The position numbers and the translations under genes are program-made. A stretch of 64,000 nucleotides of DNA from an uncultured delta proteobacterium. GTDB lineage: Bacteria > Myxococcota_A > UBA9160 > SMWR01. Location: NCBI GenBank assembly GCA_963785985.1, contig CAWAXD010000017.1:31085-95084 (forward strand), given 5' to 3'. Below are positions 57,496-64,000 of this stretch, piece by piece; position 1 is the first letter of the stretch; the number at the start of each line of letters is the position of its first letter. The notes under the pieces are model-generated. The model saw only the letters and a list, made by a program, of their open reading frames with translations. It was not told the DNA's origin and searched no databases.

Positions 57496-58821
57496 CTAGG
57501 GCCGCTCGACCCCTCCCCTCCGGCGCCGGCGTGCTCCGATCTCCCGCGCCAGCGCCAGCGCTTCCTCGCGCGTGCGCACGCCGCCGTCGAGAAACGCGAC
57601 GCGGATGCGAGCGAGCGCGCGGCCGATCTCGGGGCCCGTGAGGCCCACGGCCACCAGCTCGGCACCGCTCACCGGTGCCCGGCGACTGCGATCCTGATTG
57701 GCAAAGCGCGCAACGCGACGGCGCGCGGCAGGAGGGGCGACGGCCCAGAGCGCGTGCAGCGCCTCCTCGTCGAGATCCGCGAGGGCGGCATCGATCGCAC
57801 CTCGCCCCCGCGAGCCGGCGAGCGCGCGCAGCTTCTCCTCGCGCAGCTTCGCAAAGCCGCTGACGGACTCGACGAGCGCCCCGCGCACGGCAAAGCGAGC
57901 GAGCGTCCGGCGCCGCAGGGCCGGCGAGAGCGGGGCCAGCCAGAGGGCGAGCCCCGAGGCCCAGACCCGCCAGCGCGCGCAGTGCCAGGGCGGCGCCTGG
58001 ACGGCGCGTCCCAGACGCCGCAGCGGCGCGTGCACGCTGCGCGGAAGCGTCAAGCCCGGTTCGAGCGCGCCCAGCACGTGCCAGCTTTCGAGCAGCCGGA
58101 GCGCGAGCGTCGGATCGAGCCCCTGCGCCGCGTCCGCGAAGAGCTTCTCGATCTCGCGGCGCAGCCGCTCGCCGCTCACGCGACCGAACGCGCCCAGCCG
58201 CAGCGCATCGCGCAAGGCTGCCCGCGAATCGCGCGTCAGCGTGAAGCCCAGCCGGGGTGCGAGCCGCGCGGCGCGCAGCGCACGCGTCGGATCGTCGCGG
58301 AAGCTCGCGGGGTGGAGCACCCGCAGCCGCCGCTGCGCGAGATCCCGCAGGCCATCCTCGACGTCGATCACGCCGCGGTGACGCGCGCGCGCCGCCTGCG
58401 AGAGCGGCAACGCCAGCGCGTTCACGCTGAAATCGCGCCGGCGCAGGTCCTCGTCGAGCGAGCCCGGCTCGATCGTCGGCAGCGCGCCCGGGTGCGCATA
58501 CGCCTCGCGGCGCACGGTCGCGAGATCGATCACGCCCGCGGCTCCCTCGAGGCTGAGCGTGCCGAAGCGGTCGTGGCTGCGCAGACGCACCGCAGCAGGC
58601 GCCACCGCGCGCCCGATCGCTTCGGCGCCGTCGCCATCGCGCGGCTCGACGATCAGGTCCAGATCGGCAATCCCGCGCTCGAGCAGCCAATCCCGCACCG
58701 GGCCGCCGACGGCGTAGACGGCGAGCCGCTTCGCGTCGGCCGCCGCGAGCACGGCGCCCAGCAGCGGCGCCATCGCCGCCGGCACGCCGCGCAGAAACGC
58801 CTCCGCGCCGGCTTCCTTCAC
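57496..58821 (-). CDS. Class II tRNA nucleotidyltransferase (CCA- or A-adding)
   Basis: VGGPVRD, DLDL, DLRRRDFSVNA and SFRDDPTR motifs. Confidence 0.85.
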   Translation of the reverse strand: MKEAGAEAFLRGVPAAMAPLLGAVLAAADAKRLAVYAVGGPVRDWLLERGIADLDLIVEPRDGDGAEAIGRAVAPAAVRLRSHDRFGTLSLEGAAGVIDLATVRREAYAHPGALPTIEPGSLDEDLRRRDFSVNALALPLSQAARARHRGVIDVEDGLRDLAQRRLRVLHPASFRDDPTRALRAARLAPRLGFTLTRDSRAALRDALRLGAFGRVSGERLRREIEKLFADAAQGLDPTLALRLLESWHVLGALEPGLTLPRSVHAPLRRLGRAVQAPPWHCARWRVWASGLALWLAPLSPALRRRTLARFAVRGALVESVSGFAKLREEKLRALAGSRGRGAIDAALADLDEEALHALWAVAPPAARRRVARFANQDRSRRAPVSGAELVAVGLTGPEIGRALARIRVAFLDGGVRTREEALALAREIGARRRRRGGVERP

Positions 58822-59765
58822 GGCGTGGTCCGGGGGCGGCGTCCGCCGCCGCGCGGATGACGCGCCTCGACGGTCTCGCGCAAGCGCGCGCGGCTCACGT
58901 GCGTGTAGATCTGTGTGGTCGCGAGGTCGGCGTGGCCGAGCAGCGTCTGCACCACGCGCAGGTCCGCCCCGCCCTCGAGCAGATCGGTCGCAAAGGCATG
59001 GCGGAACACGTGCGGCGAGACGCTCGCCGTCGGAATCCCGGCCGCGAGCGCGATGGCGCGCAAGCGGGTGAAGAAATTCTGCCGCGTCATCGGCGCGCCG
59101 CGCTGCGAGAGGAAGACCGCGTCGCCGTCGCGTCGATCGGCTCGCGCGAGTCGCGGCCGTCCTTCGGCGAGCCAGGCGTCGAGCGCCTCGAGCGCCGGGG
59201 CGCCGAGCGGCACCAGCCGTTCGCGGCTCCCCTTGCCCCGCACGCGCAGCACGCCCGCGCGGCGATCGACGCCGGAGAGCGGAAGCTGCACGAGCTCGGA
59301 GACGCGCAGCCCCGCGGCGTAGAGCACTTCGAGCATCGCGCGGTCGCGCAGGCCGAGCGGCGTCCCCGGATCGATCGACTCGATCAGCGCCGAGGTCTGG
59401 TCCGTGCGCAGCACCCGCGGCAGCGGCCGTTCGAAGCGCGGAAGCCTCGCCCCCTGCCAGGGGTCGCTGCGCAGCAACCCCTCGGCGCCGAGGTGGCGAA
59501 GCCAGCGCCGCAACGCCACCAGGGCGCGCGCGCGGCTGCGCGCCCCGAGGCCCTCCTGCTCGAGCGCGACCGCAAATCCGCTCACGTGCTCGCGGGTGAT
59601 CTGACCGGCGCGCTCGACCCCCGCTTGCTCGAGATACCTGAGCCAGCGCGCGAGATCGCGGCCATAGGCCTCGATCGTCGCCGGCGACAGCCCGCGCAGC
59701 GCCGCGGCCGACGCGAGGAACGCATCGACCGCCGCTGCGAGCTGCGCGCCCCTAGCTGCCGCCAA
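58818..59765 (-). CDS. xerD: Tyrosine recombinase XerD
   Basis: RDRAMLEVLYAAGLRVSEL, GKG and SPHVFRHAFAT.LL.GGADLR.VQ.LLGH...TTQIYTHV. Confidence 0.92.
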   Translation of the reverse strand: MAAARGAQLAAAVDAFLASAAALRGLSPATIEAYGRDLARWLRYLEQAGVERAGQITREHVSGFAVALEQEGLGARSRARALVALRRWLRHLGAEGLLRSDPWQGARLPRFERPLPRVLRTDQTSALIESIDPGTPLGLRDRAMLEVLYAAGLRVSELVQLPLSGVDRRAGVLRVRGKGSRERLVPLGAPALEALDAWLAEGRPRLARADRRDGDAVFLSQRGAPMTRQNFFTRLRAIALAAGIPTASVSPHVFRHAFATDLLEGGADLRVVQTLLGHADLATTQIYTHVSRARLRETVEARHPRGGGRRPRTTP

Positions 59766-62466
59766 GCCCGGCCTCGCCCCGCTCCGCCGCCGCGAGCAGC
59801 GCCGCGCGCAACCCCTCGATCGCCTCGGGATCGGAGAGCTTCTTGCCGTGCGCGTCCTTCAGATAGAAGGTGTCGGTCACCTGATCGAGCACGGTCGCCG
59901 CCTTCGAGATGTAGATCTCGCAGCCGTGGTCCGCGATCGCGCGCGTGAGGTCATGCAGCAGGCCCAGGCGGTCGTTCGCCGTGACGTCGACGATCGTGTA
60001 GAAGTCCGACTCGTCGTTCGACGCGACCACCGTCGCGCGCTTGCGCGACGCCAGCCGGTCCGGCCCGACCGGCCGCGGCCGGCGCTTGAGCAGCTCCGCG
60101 ACCGCCTGGCGCCCCGCGAGAACGTCCAGCAGCGACTGCTCGAACTTCGACCACAAGAGCCGCCGCTCCGGCTCGCCGCCCTCGGGCGTGGTGAGGCGAT
60201 AGACCTCGAGCGCCACGCCCGAGCGCGCCGTGTACACGTTGGCGCCCAGGATGTTGATGCCGTGCGCCGTCAGCGCGCCCGCCACGTTGGCGTACAGGCC
60301 GTGCACGTCGCGCGTGCACAGGATGAACTCGGACGAGCCTCCGGCCATTTCGCGCACCGCCGTCGCCATCACCTTCTCCTTGGTGTAGGCGATCGCGACG
60401 AGCGCATGCCGGGCGATCTGGCGCGGCGTGTGCGAGATGAAGTAGCGGCGCGGCATCGATTCGAAGTAGTCGCGCACCTTGGATTCGGAGACGCCCAGCG
60501 ATTGCAGCTCGGCCGCCGCCGCCTGGCGGCGCACCTCGACGCGCTCGTCGATCAGCTCGAGCGCCGTGCTGGGGTCGTCGGAGCCCGTTTCGAGGAACTC
60601 GGACGTGCGTTCGAACAGATCCCGCAGCAGCTGGCCCTTCCAGTCCGTCCAGGCCTTCTTGGACGAGGCGCGGATGTCGGCGAAGGTGAGCAGGTAGAGA
60701 TCACGCAGCAGCGAGCGGTCGCGGGCCACGCGCGCGAATTCGAGGATCATCTTCGGATCCGAGAGATCGCGGCTCTGCGCGAGATGCGACATCAACAGGT
60801 GATGCTGCACCAGGAACACCGCGCGTTCGACGCGCTCCGGAGCGATCCCGAGCCGCTCGACGCAGCGCCTCGCGCGCTCGGCGCCCTTGTCCGAGTGGTT
60901 TCCGCCGAAGCCCTTGCCGATGTCGTGGAGCAGACAGCCGAGGAAGAGCGCGGCGCGGTCGTCGCAGCCGCGCATCAGCTCGGTGAGCTCGGGGACCGCC
61001 TGCTCGTACTTTCCCTGCCAGAGCCGGCGCAGCTCCTCGACCAGGAAGATCGAGTGCACGTCCACCGTGTAGGTGTGGTACATCACGTGCTGCCAGCGGC
61101 AGACGATGTGCGCCCACTCGGGAAGGAAGGCGGCCAGCAGCCCGACTTCGTTCATCGCCGTCAGCGAGCGCATCACGCGCCGCTCCGAGCCAAGGATGTC
61201 GAGGAAGACCTGCGCGGCCTCGGGATCGGACTGGAAGCCCGCGTCGATCAGGTCGAGGTTCTCGCGCACCAGGCGCCGCGCCTTGCGCGTGAGCGTGACG
61301 TCGTGGCGCTGCGCGATCGCGAAGGCGAGCAGCAAGCGCAGCGGGCGCTCGCGCAGCATGCGCGGGTGCGGGATCTCGAGCTGGCCCTCGGCGACGCGGA
61401 AGCCCTCCTCGACCTCCGTGACCTTGCGTTGCCTCGGCTTGCCCCGCAGCCGGGCCTGACACTGCTCGATCACGAGCGAGGAGAAGGTCTGGACCGCGCG
61501 CGCATGGCGGTAGTACTCGCTCATGAAGCGCTCGACCGGCAGCTCGTCGTCGGCGACGTCGTCCGTCAGGAAGCCGAGCGACTCCGCGATCTGCTCCTGG
61601 AGCTCGAAGCTCATCTGGTCGTTCTTGCGGCCGGAGAGCAGATGCAGCTGATTGCGCACGCGCCACAGGAAGTCGAGCGCCGCCTCGTACTCGGCGAGCT
61701 CCTCCTCCTTGAGCAGCCCCAGCTGCAGGAAATCCTCGCGGCCGCGCGCGCTCGGCTGCGTCGCCTGCATCGCCCAGTACGAGACCTGATAGTCGCGCAG
61801 CCCGCCGGCGCCATCCTTCAGGTTCGGCTGCAGCAGGTAGAGGGAATCCCCGAAGCGCATGTGCCGCTCCGCCATTCCCGCCAGCTGGTTCTCGATGAAG
61901 CGCGCCGGATCGGCGAAGACCTGGATGCGCAGCGCCTCGGTCAGCTCGTGGAAGAGCACGCCGCTGCCCACCAGGAAGCGCGGCGCGAGCACAGCGGTCT
62001 GCACCGTCGAGTCTTCGCACGCGAGCGAGACGGTGTCGGCGATCGTACGCGTGGCGCCCCCCACCGTGAGCGCCGCGTCCCACAGCCATTGCTGCACGCG
62101 CTCGGCGACGGAGGCCACGTAGGGGGTGAGCGAGTCGCGGTAGAGGAAGAGCAGATCGACGTCCGAGTGGATGCTCATCTCGCGCCGCGCGTAGCCGCCC
62201 ACTGCGACGACGCACAGATCGGTGTCCGCCTCGGCGCCGCTGGCGAAATAGGCGGACTCGGCAAACTCGAAGAGCCGCCGCACCAGGCGATCGATCAGAT
62301 CCGAATGCGTCTGGTTCACGACGGCGCCGCCGGCGCCCGAGACCTGCAGCTCGCGCAGATGCGCCCGCACGTCGCCCAGGTACTGGCGCACCGCAGGGAC
62401 GACGAGGCCCCCCGAGGCCTCCTTCAGGGGCGCGAGCACGGCGTCGATCGAGGGCCCTCGACTCAC
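59752..62466 (-). CDS. glnD: [Protein-PII] uridylyltransferase
   Basis: AVGGYAR.E...SDVDLLFL, PNLKDG.GGLRD, HTYTVDVH and LLHDIGKG motifs; two ACT domains. Confidence 0.95.
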   Translation of the reverse strand: MSRGPSIDAVLAPLKEASGGLVVPAVRQYLGDVRAHLRELQVSGAGGAVVNQTHSDLIDRLVRRLFEFAESAYFASGAEADTDLCVVAVGGYARREMSIHSDVDLLFLYRDSLTPYVASVAERVQQWLWDAALTVGGATRTIADTVSLACEDSTVQTAVLAPRFLVGSGVLFHELTEALRIQVFADPARFIENQLAGMAERHMRFGDSLYLLQPNLKDGAGGLRDYQVSYWAMQATQPSARGREDFLQLGLLKEEELAEYEAALDFLWRVRNQLHLLSGRKNDQMSFELQEQIAESLGFLTDDVADDELPVERFMSEYYRHARAVQTFSSLVIEQCQARLRGKPRQRKVTEVEEGFRVAEGQLEIPHPRMLRERPLRLLLAFAIAQRHDVTLTRKARRLVRENLDLIDAGFQSDPEAAQVFLDILGSERRVMRSLTAMNEVGLLAAFLPEWAHIVCRWQHVMYHTYTVDVHSIFLVEELRRLWQGKYEQAVPELTELMRGCDDRAALFLGCLLHDIGKGFGGNHSDKGAERARRCVERLGIAPERVERAVFLVQHHLLMSHLAQSRDLSDPKMILEFARVARDRSLLRDLYLLTFADIRASSKKAWTDWKGQLLRDLFERTSEFLETGSDDPSTALELIDERVEVRRQAAAAELQSLGVSESKVRDYFESMPRRYFISHTPRQIARHALVAIAYTKEKVMATAVREMAGGSSEFILCTRDVHGLYANVAGALTAHGINILGANVYTARSGVALEVYRLTTPEGGEPERRLLWSKFEQSLLDVLAGRQAVAELLKRRPRPVGPDRLASRKRATVVASNDESDFYTIVDVTANDRLGLLHDLTRAIADHGCEIYISKAATVLDQVTDTFYLKDAHGKKLSDPEAIEGLRAALLAAAERGEAGLGGS

Positions 62467-63641
62467 CGATCCCCCTCCAGCGCCACGGTCGCACTCGCGT
62501 CGCGGTAGCGTGTGAGTCCGATCGAAATCTGCTGCGCGAGATCGTCGAGGTAGTCGACGTCGCCCAGCCGCCGCGCCTCGCCCCGATTGGTGAGAAAGCC
62601 CGCCTCGACCAGGATCGACGGCATGTTCGATAGGAACAGCACGTAGAACGGCCCCTTCTTGACGCCGAGGTCGTTCACCTCGCCATAGCGGCCGCCGAGT
62701 CCCGCGACCATCTGCTGGTGCACCGCGTTCGCCACGCGCCGCGAGTGCACCGAGACTTCGGAGACCCTCAGCTTCGCGACCGTGCGCTGCAGCGCATCCA
62801 CCTGACTGGGCAGGATGCCGTTCTCGCGCGCCGCGACCCCCAGGCTGTGCCGCTCGTGATTGGCGTCGAGGTAATAGGTCTCGATGCCCGCGACCGAGCG
62901 CCGTGGCGCCGCGTTCGCATGCAGCGATACGAACAGATCTCCGCCCACGGACTCCGCGATCGCCGTGCGCTCCTCGAGACCGATGGTGCGATCGTCCTGG
63001 CGCGTGTAGACGATCGCGAAGCCGCGCGCTGCGAGCTTCTCGCCCAGGTCCTTCGCGAGGCGCAGCGTCACGTCCTTCTCGCGCAGGCCGCCGACGCCGA
63101 TCGCACCGGGATCCCGCCCTCCGTGACCCGCATCGATCACGATCGTCTGCACCGGACGCAGATCGACCGGCAGGCGGCCGAGCGTGTCCGACTTTCCGGG
63201 CGGCTCCGGCGTCCGCTCGCCGTGGCGGCGCCCATAGACGTCGATCACCACCCGATCCGGATTCGAGAGCTCGATCAGCCGGTGGCGGTCGTAGCGCTCG
63301 AGATCGAGCACGAGCCGTGCCGAGGTGGTCGTATTCTGTCCGACGCGCACGCCCTGGAGCAGGCCGTCGCCCACCGGGAGCCCGTCTGCAAAGCGCCGAC
63401 CGACCCAGACCCCCGCGAGATCGAGGTAGAGGCGCGCGGGGCGTCCGCTGCCCTGGTCGGCCGGCAGCTCGCGCACGACCGTGCGCACGGGCTGCGTCAG
63501 CTCGACCACCACGCGCGTGTAGTTCGGATACGACCAGTGGCGGATCTCGACCACGTCGCCGAGCCCCTTCGGGCGGTCGACGCCGAGCAGGCCGAAGAGC
63601 GCGAGCGCGCACAAGAGCGCGAGCGGCCGGCGCGGCGTCAT
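62463..63641 (-). CDS. amiC: N-acetylmuramoyl-L-alanine amidase with AMIN domain
   Basis: YTRVVVEL, IDAGHGGRDPGA, EKDV.L, FVSLHANA and PSILVEAGF motifs. Confidence 0.9.
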   Translation of the reverse strand: MTPRRPLALLCALALFGLLGVDRPKGLGDVVEIRHWSYPNYTRVVVELTQPVRTVVRELPADQGSGRPARLYLDLAGVWVGRRFADGLPVGDGLLQGVRVGQNTTTSARLVLDLERYDRHRLIELSNPDRVVIDVYGRRHGERTPEPPGKSDTLGRLPVDLRPVQTIVIDAGHGGRDPGAIGVGGLREKDVTLRLAKDLGEKLAARGFAIVYTRQDDRTIGLEERTAIAESVGGDLFVSLHANAAPRRSVAGIETYYLDANHERHSLGVAARENGILPSQVDALQRTVAKLRVSEVSVHSRRVANAVHQQMVAGLGGRYGEVNDLGVKKGPFYVLFLSNMPSILVEAGFLTNRGEARRLGDVDYLDDLAQQISIGLTRYRDASATVALEGDR

Positions 63642-64000
63642 GTCGGCTCCTGCGCGAGCAGCGTGTGCAGGCGCGCGAGCAGCGCCAGGGCGTCGAGCGG
63701 CGTGGTCCGCTCCGGGTCGAGCGCGCGCAAGGCCGCCAGCGCTTCCTGTTCGCGCGGATCGCGCGGCGGGCTCGCGGAAAAGAGCGCGAGCTGGCGATCC
63801 GGATCGCTCGCCGCCCCCGCGAGCCGCGGGCGACCCTGCTCGTCGAGCTCGCCGCCCTCGAGGTTGCGCAGGATCTCGCGAGCGCGCTCGATCACCGCGC
63901 GCCGGCAGCCCCGCCAGCCGCGCCACCTGGATTCCGTAGGAGCGATTCGCGGCGCCCGGGCAGCAGACGCCGCAGGAAGATCACGTCCTCGCCCCACTCG
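63638..64000 (-). CDS. mutS: DNA mismatch repair protein MutS, C-terminal fragment (window edge; frameshifted)
   Basis: VIFLRR..PGAANRSYGIQVARLAGLP..VIERAREIL...QLALF...TPLDAL. Confidence 0.9.
   Translation of the reverse strand, partial: RVGRGRDLPAASAARAPRIAPTESRWRGWRGCRRAVIERAREILRNLEGGELDEQGRPRLAGAASDPDRQLALFSASPPRDPREQEALAALRALDPERTTPLDALALLARLHTLLAQEPT

Noticed and set aside
58818-59765. Tyrosine recombinase as a prophage or island integrase
   Set aside because: It is XerD-like, lies in a housekeeping operon, and has no att sites, tRNA or phage genes nearby.
1-64000. Very frequent CTCGAG/TCGA words and many long antisense or alternative-frame ORFs
   Set aside because: Explained by high GC and codon usage (CTC-GAG for Leu-Glu; few stop codons in off-frames).

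Overview
High-GC bacterial window. The gene order mutS-amiC-glnD-xerD-cca-scpA-scpB and the gene content suggest a Myxococcota/deltaproteobacterial genome (inference). The best candidate for an undescribed system is a RiPP-like locus at 1-4023. It has a 68-aa precursor with a twin-arginine-type leader and a Cys-containing tail (QVADTYGGGCGCGAD), a DUF692/MNIO enzyme, and a translationally coupled fusion of PqqD/RRE + MNIO-partner-like domain + HPr-kinase-like kinase. A convergent nucleotidyltransferase-methyltransferase fusion completes it. Other highlights: a GEMM-I riboswitch with the A20 (c-AMP-GMP-type) signature upstream of a lytic transglycosylase; an exosortase H system with an IPTL-CTERM substrate and about seven GT-C glycosyltransferases; an MshA-like GT4 / PIG-L deacetylase / ATP-grasp trio beside Dps; and a divergent SelO-like protein. 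Many single-base frameshifts (especially 18.1-23.7 kb) look like sequencing errors. All calls come from motif recognition by eye; no database searches were run.
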